From Planctomycetota bacterium (GTDB lineage Bacteria; Planctomycetota; UBA8108; SXIK01), in the NCBI GenBank assembly GCA_965223845.1, contig CBDCXR010000004.1, forward strand, positions 3,072,001 to 3,136,000: DNA of 64,000 bases. Reading direction: 5' to 3'. The translations under genes were made by a program, and so were the position numbers. The notes under the pieces are model-generated. The model saw nothing but the letters and a program-made list of their open reading frames with translations. It made no database searches and was not told where the DNA came from. Shown here one piece after another: positions 28,440-37,462 of the stretch. The first letter of the stretch is position 1, and every line of letters starts with the position of its first letter.

Positions 28440-29405
28440 CTAGCGCGACGATCGCAGCAGTCGGCTCACCTCCGGAGGAAGCGAGAGCTTCTCGGATTCG
28501 AACTCGCCGAGGCGGTACGAGACGTGCAAGACGACGCGGTCGTCCGGTGAATCGGGAATCTTCTCACGCCCCTTCCACAGCGTGGCTCCCTTCCGGCCGT
28601 TGAACGCTCCGGTCGAATAAATCGAATCGATTCTCACGGGGAGTCCGGTTTTCCGGGCGACGTGGACGTCATACGCGACCTCGGTCATGCCGCTGCGCAG
28701 CCCGGACACCTTTACGGCTCCACTACAACACTGCTTGAATCGCAGTGCTTCATGAACGTACACCGCGGATGCAGCCTTCGCGGGGACCTCGACGCGAACC
28801 ACGCGCACCGCCGGCGGCTCGTTCGAGACGACTCGGTGATTTGCGCTCGCCGGGGAGGTCTCTACCGTCGACTCCTCCTTAGCACCGGCACGTCCGTATA
28901 GAGTTTCATACTCTTTCGGGGTCAACCATCGGACGTTCTTCGCACGCTTCCCCGTCTTCACGATGTTGGTGAGTGCATTGAGCGGAAACTCGAACAGACG
29001 ATTCATCTGGAGCGCGTCGTACATCTCCCGCTCCGTGGCGAATCCGCTCGAGAGCCTCGCCCACTTTCCGCGCCGCTTGACGAGCGCGACACCACTCGGA
29101 GTGCGATACACGTCCATCGACGAAACGTACATCACCGGCCTCCCCGTCTTCGGAGCGGATCCGCGTCGCGCTTCGAACTGCAATTTCGTCGTTTCTTCCT
29201 CGATTCTCCCGATCGCCTCTGAGCGCGGAGCGAGACCGGCGCGGAAGACTGCGTCGATCTGGTAGTTCTTGCTCGCAGCCAACTTCTTGAGCGCGGTTCC
29301 CAGCACTTCGCGAGGGGAAGGCTCCTCCGCTGACGACGCGCTCAGTTCGCCGATCGCCAGAAACACGCAAGGAAGAAGACGAAGCGAAAGGCAATTGAGT
29401 CTCAT
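28440..29405 (-). CDS. secreted hypothetical protein (possibly LolA/LppX-like fold)
   Basis: Signal peptide; ATGA overlap with the upstream CotH gene stop (29402-29405). Pattern of a helix, beta strands, then ...KTGLPVRI...LSLPPEV resembles LolA-like proteins (weak). Confidence 0.65.
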   Translation of the reverse strand: MRLNCLSLRLLPCVFLAIGELSASSAEEPSPREVLGTALKKLAASKNYQIDAVFRAGLAPRSEAIGRIEEETTKLQFEARRGSAPKTGRPVMYVSSMDVYRTPSGVALVKRRGKWARLSSGFATEREMYDALQMNRLFEFPLNALTNIVKTGKRAKNVRWLTPKEYETLYGRAGAKEESTVETSPASANHRVVSNEPPAVRVVRVEVPAKAASAVYVHEALRFKQCCSGAVKVSGLRSGMTEVAYDVHVARKTGLPVRIDSIYSTGAFNGRKGATLWKGREKIPDSPDDRVVLHVSYRLGEFESEKLSLPPEVSRLLRSSR

Positions 29406-31921
29406 CCTTTGGAACTCCGCTCAGGAAATCGCCAGGTTCCGCGCGCGCTCCAATCGCCTTCGCGTATGGAACGGAATTGGACGGTCGTACCCGGACGGAC
29501 GGTCATCGGGCGGCGATACCGATTCGCCTGGGAACTGCTCGGATCGGTTCCGTCGGTAGTATAGAAGATCGTCGCATTCTGATCTTCGATCGTTCGGCGT
29601 CCAAGAAACTCCGCGCGAATTAGAAGGTCGCTGCTAGCGGCTTTGCGATTGAGGGCGTGCACCGCGAGAACGTTCGCTCCCCGCCGGAGGTAGCGTCCCC
29701 AATCGCGGCTCGAAAACTCGACCGGTGAAAATGGACTAGCCTCCGTAGCACTCGTCGCCGCAGAGCTCCACGACAACTCATCGATCGGCGGAGCGTTGGC
29801 AGAGGCGATCGCATGGCCGTTGAGGAACGCCACGAAACCGTCGTCGTATCTCGCTCTCAAGATCCAGCGCTCAACCCCAGCGACCGCCTCCTTGCTGGAT
29901 AGAACAAACGGGAATCTGACGTAGACCGAGGTGTTCGATTCGCCGTTCCCGATCTCGTCCAAATCGGTCCCGATCCACTTCTCGTAGCCACTGGTTCTCT
30001 CGTAACCCACGCCTCCTCGTCCTGCCCGCCACTCGTTTCCCGCCGCGAATCCGGGGTCGCGCCAACGAGCCGCGAGATCCCCATCGGTGGGAGTCAGCAC
30101 TCGGTGCGGAGAGGTTCCCCCGATCAGTACGAGATCCGAATGGGCCGGAACGGTCAGCACGAGTCGCTCCTCCACCGAATCGTCGAGGCGGGCGACTGGA
30201 GCTCTGACGTCGGGCCAGACTCCCAGACGCTTGAAGCGACCCGTCGCCATCGGTACGACCGCATTCCAGTATGCATCGACCCAAGCGAGCTCACGGAGCC
30301 ATTCGACCTCCCGCCGGTACGCAGGTTTTCGTCGAGCGTCGCCCCAACGAGCCGACTCGGCGACGATCGCGCGGTCGATCTCGGCCACGCGTCGGTTCCA
30401 GCGTCGTCGGTTCCGTTCCGGCGAGAGGGTTCCTCCCGGCCGCAAGAGCTCCTCAACACGGTCGATGACGCGGCGGCGAAACCGATCGTTGCCGAGAAGC
30501 CGACCGAAGAGGAACGTCGGCGACGGCTTCGGATAGGGTTGCTCGATGCGGAACTGCCCGGACGGCCTCGCGTACGAATAAACACGTTCGAGCGAATCAT
30601 TCGTGATCTCTTGATCCCAAACAAGAAACCGGAAACCTTCGCTGTCGTCTCCTCGCCGTCTGGCCGCCCACCAGTTGTGGTGCGGCCAATCCTCGGCACC
30701 GGCATAGACGTGGAGGAGTACGTAGTCGATCAGGTGCGCGACGTCGAGGTAGACCGGGAGACGCGGATCGCGTCGACCGCGTTCGTCTCGGCCTTGAATT
30801 CGGAAGTAGGCGACGTCACTCGACAAGCCCGATGTCGCGAGGTCGATCATCGTCGTCCACGCATCGAGATCTCCGGCTTCGAGCTCGACGAAGTCCTTCA
30901 CGATGTCGAAGTCGCCTCGCCGACCTCCGAGGTGCTCCGCGAGAAACGCACTGTCCGGACGCTCACTCAGATTGTAGAGCCCCCAGTAGAGACCGTTTAG
31001 GAATAGGTGGACGTAGCGGCCGCGGGCCGCGAGATGTCCCATTTCTGCGTGGGTGTCACGCATCCACTGGTCGCGGAGGTACGTCGCGCGACGAGAGTGG
31101 TAGCGTTCCACGCCACGGTTCGTTCTCCCGTCTTTCGTCGTCCAGGAATCCGTAGAACTGGCCCGGAGGATCAGTTGGGTGTATTTCGATCCTCCGGGCC
31201 TAACAAAGAGGGGGAACCGTAGTGTCTTGGGTCCGTACGCGCGCCGGAAAATAATCCGGATGGAGTGCTTGAGAGTCGAGAAATGCGCCCGACTCGAGTT
31301 GCCGTGCATGCGGATTCCGGCGTTGACGCGAAACCCGCGCTGTCCCGACGGAAACACGAGCTCGATGCTCGCAGCGCGCTCCCACTCCCGCCCCCGCTGC
31401 CCCGACCGCTCATAGATTCCGGACGGCCCAAAGAGATTCTCGGGGACCGTCACGATCGAAACGCAGGGAAGTGATCTGAGCGCGTCCTTCAGTCCATATC
31501 CAGGAAGAGTGGAGTCGACGACGCTCGCATCCAGCCCGTAGTCCCCGGCGAATCGGCGCTCCCAAGTGGAAGGCAGACCCGGTGGCTGCGCGGGCTGCCG
31601 GGCGACATCCGTGGGAAAGATGAACGTTCGCGTCTCGATCGGTCCTGCGATCTCCTCGCCGCGAAACGCGGCGGCGCGAATCACCGTCGTCGATCGAATC
31701 GGAATCGCCTCGGCGAAACTCGTCGCCCGAACGGTGGGCACCGTCGCGTCCGCGGTGAACCGAATGACTAGATCCGGGCGATCACCGGCGAGCTTCAGCG
31801 CGAACGGTTCGTCGTAGAGTCCGCTTTCCTGTGAAAACCGCACGACGGAACCGCTGGACGCCGCATGGGCGCTCGTCCCCCCCACGAGCAGCGCGAGTAA
31901 GCAACGTGTCGCGGTCGGCAT
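29402..31921 (-). CDS. CotH family secreted kinase with chitobiase/FN3-associated and jelly-roll domains
   Basis: Signal peptide; IRFTADATVP and IFYTTDGTDP (Fn3-associated); GIRMHGNSSR, KHSIRI, LRDQW, LFLNGLYWGLY, DWPHHNW, WDQE. ATG 31921 overlaps the upstream stop (TGATG). Confidence 0.85.
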   Translation of the reverse strand: MPTATRCLLALLVGGTSAHAASSGSVVRFSQESGLYDEPFALKLAGDRPDLVIRFTADATVPTVRATSFAEAIPIRSTTVIRAAAFRGEEIAGPIETRTFIFPTDVARQPAQPPGLPSTWERRFAGDYGLDASVVDSTLPGYGLKDALRSLPCVSIVTVPENLFGPSGIYERSGQRGREWERAASIELVFPSGQRGFRVNAGIRMHGNSSRAHFSTLKHSIRIIFRRAYGPKTLRFPLFVRPGGSKYTQLILRASSTDSWTTKDGRTNRGVERYHSRRATYLRDQWMRDTHAEMGHLAARGRYVHLFLNGLYWGLYNLSERPDSAFLAEHLGGRRGDFDIVKDFVELEAGDLDAWTTMIDLATSGLSSDVAYFRIQGRDERGRRDPRLPVYLDVAHLIDYVLLHVYAGAEDWPHHNWWAARRRGDDSEGFRFLVWDQEITNDSLERVYSYARPSGQFRIEQPYPKPSPTFLFGRLLGNDRFRRRVIDRVEELLRPGGTLSPERNRRRWNRRVAEIDRAIVAESARWGDARRKPAYRREVEWLRELAWVDAYWNAVVPMATGRFKRLGVWPDVRAPVARLDDSVEERLVLTVPAHSDLVLIGGTSPHRVLTPTDGDLAARWRDPGFAAGNEWRAGRGGVGYERTSGYEKWIGTDLDEIGNGESNTSVYVRFPFVLSSKEAVAGVERWILRARYDDGFVAFLNGHAIASANAPPIDELSWSSAATSATEASPFSPVEFSSRDWGRYLRRGANVLAVHALNRKAASSDLLIRAEFLGRRTIEDQNATIFYTTDGTDPSSSQANRYRRPMTVRPGTTVQFRSIREGDWSARGTWRFPERSSKG

Positions 31922-34851
31922 CAGCGACCCTTTCCCCACGAGAGTCCGGGCGCGTCGAGAGCCCCGAGCAGATTGAATCGTCCACCCAAATCGGGGTGCT
32001 CGCGTGCCGCTTCCGGATCGAACGAGACCTGAACAGAATTGCCGTCTCGCCAGACGTTGAACGCGATCTCGGCTTCCGATCTCAGGAAGGAGTCCAGCTC
32101 GGCGCGACTCGAGAATCGTCCGCCGTTGCCTCCGACTATGATGTCGCCGTTCTCGAATCCGGCTCGGGCGAGGTATCCCCCGGCGTCGTGTACCAGCACT
32201 TCGACCGTGTACGCCGGCAGATCCGGTTCGAACCGTACGACTTCGTCGCCCGAGAGATCGACCATCGTAGTTCCCTGCTCGTCGATTCTTACGAGATATC
32301 GCCCGCGCTGCAGGCGAGGAAACACGAATCGACCGTTCTCGTTCTCAGCCGACAGCCAGAATCCTTCCAGCGTTTCGTTTCCTCGAAGGGCGACACTCGC
32401 TCGAGTTCCACTCCCGACGACCGTGAGAGAATGATACTCCGGTAGGCGAAGCCGCAGCTCGTTCTCGTCACCGGGGCGAAGCTCCACGCGTTCACGGAGG
32501 ACCGCGCGTTTGTCGACGGAGAGCAGCACGAAATACTCTCCGGGCGATACCGGCCCGAACTCCTGAACGCCTTCGATGCTGAGCGGATTTTTGAGGAAAG
32601 AATGACGCCACGATCGCCGGAAACGTCCTCCTCCGCGATCCTCGCCGCCGAGAAGGGTGAGTCGAACCGAGCCTCGCACCGGGCTGCGTGCGTAGTTCTC
32701 GATGATGACGCGCAGCAGCGCGGGATCGCGAAATTGAATGGAGACGGCGTCGAGCCCGGTCGCGTCGACGTGCTCTCGGCCGAACTTGGAGGATTCCGCG
32801 AACACCGTCCGATTTGCGGTACGGTCGAACTTTGGCGGAAAGAGCAACCACGTCGTTCCGTCGGGACGCGGTACGAACACCGCGGGCTGAGAGAGCTTGG
32901 CGGCTTCCAGCCAGACGCGAGGCTTAGGAAGAATTTCGCCGGCCGGATCGAGGACGGCGACCTCGAGATAGTCGTCGCTCGAGAGTGCCGGTAGTGCCAG
33001 CTCGACGTCGGTAAAACCGTTCTCGACCGTCACCGTGGAAGAATCGACGATCTCTTCGGGAAAGCGTCCGACGCCCACCGCGTACTCTCCCGGCGGCAGA
33101 TCCTTGAACCAGAATCTGAACTCGGGCCGACTCGCAGTCGTTCGAGCTCCCGTCCGTGCCAGTTCTTCTGCATCCGCTCGGCCACCGGACGACGCGGGCG
33201 AGGCGTAGACGTGGATCGTTCGCGGCGCTTCGCCGGCCGGCACGAGCACCCGACCGGCGATTCCCGTGCGGGCCTCGAGCTCGAGCAAGAGCGGCTCGTT
33301 CTGGTCGCCGCCGAGAATCGTCCGGTACTGCGGTTCTGACATATGGGTTCTTTCGGATCCGAAGAACGCCCGAAATCGATAGTCGCCGGGGCTCAACGAG
33401 AACGTCGTCTTCTCCGGATACCAAACCCATGCATCGGTGCGATTTCCTTTTCGCACCTGAACTCGCGCGACGTCCGGCTCTCTTCCACCCGCGAAGCGGA
33501 CGTTCACGGTGACCCGCGAGGTCAGAGTTCCGCGCAGCTCCACCACGTCCCCCGCGCGAACGTTTCGTCGTTCTGAGCCCTCGGCGCTGTCGAACGTCCA
33601 GCCTTCGAGCGAGGCGGAAACGTTGTAGAGAACGGACCGACGGACGCCCTCGAGTGCGAACCAACCGTTCTCGTCCGCAACCGCGACGACCCGTTCACGC
33701 TCGCTGCTGCGATGGGACTCGATGACAGCGATGACACTCGCGAAGAGTTTGTCGTCCTCGGATAGCTCTTCGAACGATGGGGCCGCGGTGATCGCGATCG
33801 GGAGCGCTTCGATGCGGACGCCGGGAATGGGCTCGCCGGAACGACCGATCACCGAACCGTGAATTGTTCCGTTCGCAGGCGAAGCGAGCTCACCTCGGTG
33901 GCCGGTCTCGAATCGATCGAGAGCCGCGCGCAGTTGAGTTCGCGCGTCGTCGAGGCTGCCGGCAGGGTTTGATGAGATCGAACTGCCGGCGCCGGACACT
34001 CGGCCCGCGGCGCCTCGGTGTCCGGCGGCCGCAGTTTCGCCATCCGCCAGTGCTTCGGCCGCGTTAGCGGAGCTCACCAGGGGATCTCCGTTCGCTTCCC
34101 ACCCGTCCGAACTGCTTGAACTCGTCAGCGTCCCAATCGAAACGCCCACGGCGAGGATCGCGAGACTCAACCCGGTCGCGACGGCAAGCTTTTGGCTCAT
34201 GATCAAACCTCCTGCAGTCCAAAGATTCCCGGTCGATCCGGCGTTCGACGCCGCCGCGGCCGTCGCGGCCGATGCACTCGCCGGCGCGATCGCGTGGACT
34301 CCGGCTCCGGTGAGCGGAAGCAGGAGCCCGACCCAGGTCCCACGATCTCCCCCGTGACGCGCGTCGAGTCGACGGCGAACCACTTCGAGCCCTCGAGCGA
34401 TGCGCGAGCAGACGGTCGAGTAAGGGACAGATTGTCGATCGGCGATCTCCTTGGCCGTCATTTCCTCGAAGAAGCGCATGAGGAGCGTCGAGCGAACGGG
34501 CTCGTCGAGCTCGAGGACCACGTCGACGATCCGGCGGTGCAGTTCCGTTCGCTCGACGAGTTCGTCGGGAGCCAGACCGCGGCTCGACTCGGGCTTCGCC
34601 GCTGCGTGTTCCCGCCGTGTACGACGAACGTCGTCGCGGTGCGTGCGATACGCGAAATTCCGGATCACGCGGCGGAGCCATCCGGCGACACCGACTCCCG
34701 TGGGCGGACGCTCGACCGCCGCGAGCCACGTCTCCTGGACGAGGTCGTCGGCGCGAGAATCGTCGAGGACCAAGCTGCGGGCGAAAGCTCGCATCCAGTG
34801 CGCATGCTCAAGAAGCTGCTGGGGATCGACCGGGGACGGCTGCTGGCTCAT
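31921..34851 (-). CDS. membrane-anchored ECF sigma factor fused to carboxypeptidase-regulatory-like repeats and a C-terminal PDZ-like domain
   Basis: ADDLVQETW...WLRRVIRN; LDEPVR...EIADRQSVPYSTVCSRIARG; TM LAVATGLSLAILAVGVSIGTL; GSVIGRSGEPIPGVRI repeats; C-terminal ARAGFENGDIIVGGNG (PDZ-like). GAGGA precedes the start. Confidence 0.87.
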   Translation of the reverse strand: MSQQPSPVDPQQLLEHAHWMRAFARSLVLDDSRADDLVQETWLAAVERPPTGVGVAGWLRRVIRNFAYRTHRDDVRRTRREHAAAKPESSRGLAPDELVERTELHRRIVDVVLELDEPVRSTLLMRFFEEMTAKEIADRQSVPYSTVCSRIARGLEVVRRRLDARHGGDRGTWVGLLLPLTGAGVHAIAPASASAATAAAASNAGSTGNLWTAGGLIMSQKLAVATGLSLAILAVGVSIGTLTSSSSSDGWEANGDPLVSSANAAEALADGETAAAGHRGAAGRVSGAGSSISSNPAGSLDDARTQLRAALDRFETGHRGELASPANGTIHGSVIGRSGEPIPGVRIEALPIAITAAPSFEELSEDDKLFASVIAVIESHRSSERERVVAVADENGWFALEGVRRSVLYNVSASLEGWTFDSAEGSERRNVRAGDVVELRGTLTSRVTVNVRFAGGREPDVARVQVRKGNRTDAWVWYPEKTTFSLSPGDYRFRAFFGSERTHMSEPQYRTILGGDQNEPLLLELEARTGIAGRVLVPAGEAPRTIHVYASPASSGGRADAEELARTGARTTASRPEFRFWFKDLPPGEYAVGVGRFPEEIVDSSTVTVENGFTDVELALPALSSDDYLEVAVLDPAGEILPKPRVWLEAAKLSQPAVFVPRPDGTTWLLFPPKFDRTANRTVFAESSKFGREHVDATGLDAVSIQFRDPALLRVIIENYARSPVRGSVRLTLLGGEDRGGGRFRRSWRHSFLKNPLSIEGVQEFGPVSPGEYFVLLSVDKRAVLRERVELRPGDENELRLRLPEYHSLTVVGSGTRASVALRGNETLEGFWLSAENENGRFVFPRLQRGRYLVRIDEQGTTMVDLSGDEVVRFEPDLPAYTVEVLVHDAGGYLARAGFENGDIIVGGNGGRFSSRAELDSFLRSEAEIAFNVWRDGNSVQVSFDPEAAREHPDLGGRFNLLGALDAPGLSWGKGR
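34198..34212 (-). promoter_or_regulatory. candidate internal ribosome-binding site + in-frame ATG inside the ECF fusion gene
   Basis: Minus strand GGAGGT (34212-34207), 6-nt spacer TTGATC, ATG (34200-34198), in frame (codon 218), followed by AGC CAA AAG CTT and the TM segment. Confidence 0.55.
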
Positions 34852-35155
34852 GGTTTCCTCTACCTAAGAAACTCCGCCGCGCTTCTCGGTTACGATGCAA
34901 ATTTGGAACGTACACTCTCGCGCTCGGAGGAGAGCTTTCGTTACATTCACACGGCGACTGTCGATGCGCCACGCGGGCGGAGTCGAGATCTTCGACGACG
35001 GGCGGTGTCCCGGACGATGAATCCCGCGGGAGCGGGAGAATACGCAAGAAAGCGACGCGTCAAACGAGGATCCTTCGACGGCAGGTTGAGGTCCGGCGAG
35101 AGGCCTGGAGATGTTAGGATCCGTCGTTGGAATGCTGCACGGCCTCGAACCGAGG

Positions 35156-35183
35156 CGTCCGCCGAAAGTCGTCCGCCGAAAGT
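35156..35183. repeat. perfect 14-bp tandem direct repeat CGTCCGCCGAAAGT x2
   Basis: Copies at 35156-35169 and 35170-35183, ending 3 nt before the EEP start GTG. Confidence 0.8.
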
Positions 35184-35186
35184 AGA

Positions 35187-35930
35187 GTGAAGGCGAATCG
35201 ACCCGCGCGCGAGCTTCGGCTCGTGACGTACAACATGCATAAGGGGATCGGCGGCGTCGATCGACGCTATCGCCCGGAGCGCATCGTCGAGGTGCTCGCG
35301 CGGTCGCGTCCGGATCTCGTGTTTCTCCAGGAAGTCGACGAAGGCGTGCCTCGCTCACGACGCCATCGACAGGTCGATCTCGTCGGCGACGCTCTCGGCA
35401 TGCAGTATCGCGCGTTCTTTCCGAACGTGAAGCTGACGCGCGGCCACTACGGAAACGCGCTCCTCAGCCGGCTGCCTCTCGACCACGCCGAGAACATCGA
35501 TCTCACGATCCCGCTCAAGAAAGCTCGAAGCGCGCTCCACGCGCGTCTCAGTGTAAAGCTCGGCACGCGCCGCCGCCGGCTCTGGCTCTTCAACGTTCAT
35601 CTCGGTCTCGCCGCTTTCGAGCGGCGGCATCAGCTTCGCCGACTGCTCGCGTGGCAGCGAAAGCACCACTTGAAGAAATCGACGGGAGCGATCGTCGCCG
35701 GCGACTTCAACGACGTGTGGGGAACGCTCGGCGCGCGGATCCTCGAACCGGCCGGCTATTCCGGCACGAATCGGAACATCCGGACCTTTCCCGCGGTTCG
35801 ACCTCTGCGCCCGCTCGACCGTGCGTTCGTGCGGGGCCCGATCGAAATTGCGGGTGCGCATCGGGAGAGCACGCGATCCGCGCGCGAGGCGTCGGATCAT
35901 GTTCCGCTCGTCGTCGACGTTCGCCTTTGA
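35187..35930 (+). CDS. endonuclease/exonuclease/phosphatase (EEP, YbhP-like) family protein
   Basis: TYNMH, LQEVD, YGNALLS, NVHL, GDFN, TFP..RP..LDR and SDH motifs. Start uncertain (GTG 35187 chosen). Confidence 0.9.
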   Translation: MKANRPARELRLVTYNMHKGIGGVDRRYRPERIVEVLARSRPDLVFLQEVDEGVPRSRRHRQVDLVGDALGMQYRAFFPNVKLTRGHYGNALLSRLPLDHAENIDLTIPLKKARSALHARLSVKLGTRRRRLWLFNVHLGLAAFERRHQLRRLLAWQRKHHLKKSTGAIVAGDFNDVWGTLGARILEPAGYSGTNRNIRTFPAVRPLRPLDRAFVRGPIEIAGAHRESTRSAREASDHVPLVVDVRL

Positions 35931-35947
35931 TCCGTCGACTCGACGGA
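35931..35947. other. short perfect inverted repeat directly after the EEP stop
   Basis: TCCGTCGA-C-TCGACGGA. No U-tract, so not called a terminator. Confidence 0.4.
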
Positions 35948-36079
35948 ATCCGCGTCCGGTTGCAGGCGAAGGTTTGTTTCCGTCGGATCGGGGTTGATAT
36001 CCTATCGGCGCGGCGCGGATTTCGAATCGCTGTCGCGGTGTCCGCTGTCCACGCCTCAACCCAATGAGCGACAAAAGCC

Positions 36080-37288
36080 ATGCATTCGCACGCATCTCTG
36101 AGTCCCACTCGCCTCTCCTTGATCTTGACGGTCGCTGCGCTCGTGAACGGTCGCGCGCTCGCCGAGGACGCCCGGGCGCAGACCGTCACCGAGGGTTTGC
36201 TGGCTCCGTTTCTCGGTGAAGCGAAGTTTGCTTCACAACAGGTTTTCGAAGGCGAACGATTCCCCAATGTCGTCGTCGCGACCGATGGGACGGTGATCGT
36301 CACCTGGGGAAACAAGAGCTACCAGGTACGCCGCAGCGAGGACGGCGGCAAGACCTGGGGCGACATCGTCAAGATCGCCGACCCCGGCTTCCACGGCGGC
36401 GGCGTGACGGTAGACGAAAGGAGCGGAGACATCCTCGCGTTTGTCGAGAAGCATCACCCACCGGCGCCGCTTACCGTCTACCGGAGCAAGGATCACGGCA
36501 AGACATGGACCGCCGAGGAAACCGTGATCAAGAAGAACAGCCTCGGCCACTTGCCGTCGATGCACATGAACGAGCACGGCATCACGCTCCGTCACGGGCC
36601 TCACGCCGGTAGGCTCGTCCGGCCTACGCGCTACTACGCGGGCGGCAACAACCGAAACGAATGGCCGAGGCACTACACGAACGCTGCGTTCAGCGACGAC
36701 GGTGGCAGGACCTGGCAGACGAGCGAGCCATTCCCCGAGAACGGCACCGGAGAGGCGACGATCGCGGAGTTGACGGACGGTCGCCTCTACTACAACTCGC
36801 GCGTTCATTGGCCGGAGAACGAACGACCCACTCGCCGGCGCGAGGCGTGGAGCCGAGATGGCGGGAAGACCTGGACGGACAAGAAGATCATCGACGCACT
36901 TCCGGACGGTCGGCAAGACCGCGCTTACGGGTGCATGGGAGGTCTCGTGCGGCTACCCGTCACCGGGAAGGACGTACTGATCTTCAGCAATCTCGACACG
37001 CCGCGCGACCGGCGCGAACGCGTCACCGTCTGGGCGAGCTTCGACGGCGGATCGACCTGGCCGATCAAGCGACTCGTCCACGACGGACCGAGCGGTTATT
37101 CCTCGCTCAACGCGGGGCGTCCGGGAACGCCGAGTGAGGGTTGGATCTACCTTCAGTACGAGGGCGGACCAGGTGGCGGCTCGCAACTCGCCCGGTTCAA
37201 CCTGGCTTGGATCCTGGCCGGCGAATCGACCGGAGACGGCGCGACGCCCGAGTGGGCCCCGCGAGCAAAGGTTCCCGCTTCCAACTGA
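36080..37288 (+). CDS. secreted sialidase-like (GH33/BNR Asp-box) protein
   Basis: Signal peptide; five Asp-boxes (SEDGGKTW, SKDHGKTW, SDDGGRTW, SRDGGKTW, SFDGGSTW); RFP at the RIP position; GEAT, YNSR and SGYSSL motifs. Confidence 0.88.
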   Translation: MHSHASLSPTRLSLILTVAALVNGRALAEDARAQTVTEGLLAPFLGEAKFASQQVFEGERFPNVVVATDGTVIVTWGNKSYQVRRSEDGGKTWGDIVKIADPGFHGGGVTVDERSGDILAFVEKHHPPAPLTVYRSKDHGKTWTAEETVIKKNSLGHLPSMHMNEHGITLRHGPHAGRLVRPTRYYAGGNNRNEWPRHYTNAAFSDDGGRTWQTSEPFPENGTGEATIAELTDGRLYYNSRVHWPENERPTRRREAWSRDGGKTWTDKKIIDALPDGRQDRAYGCMGGLVRLPVTGKDVLIFSNLDTPRDRRERVTVWASFDGGSTWPIKRLVHDGPSGYSSLNAGRPGTPSEGWIYLQYEGGPGGGSQLARFNLAWILAGESTGDGATPEWAPRAKVPASN

Positions 37289-37333
37289 GTTTCGCTGCGT
37301 GGGGCGATCGGCCGCTCCGCGGCGGGAACGAGC

Positions 37334-37441
37334 GCGGGAGGCGCGAATTCGAGAGGCTCGCCGAATTCCGGCAATCCCCGTCGTCTCCGCGCCTCCCGCC
37401 CACCGGCTCGCGAGCTGAGTTAGCCCGAGGAGTCTCCTCGG
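37334..37441. terminator. inverted repeats between convergent genes, possible bidirectional terminator
   Basis: GCGGGAGGCGCG (37334-37345) pairs with CGCGCCTCCCGC (37388-37399). A second palindrome CCGAGGAG-T-CTCCTCGG lies at 37425-37441. No clear U-tract. Confidence 0.4.
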
Positions 37442-37462
37442 AGTCGGTCGAGAGTCCGTCGA

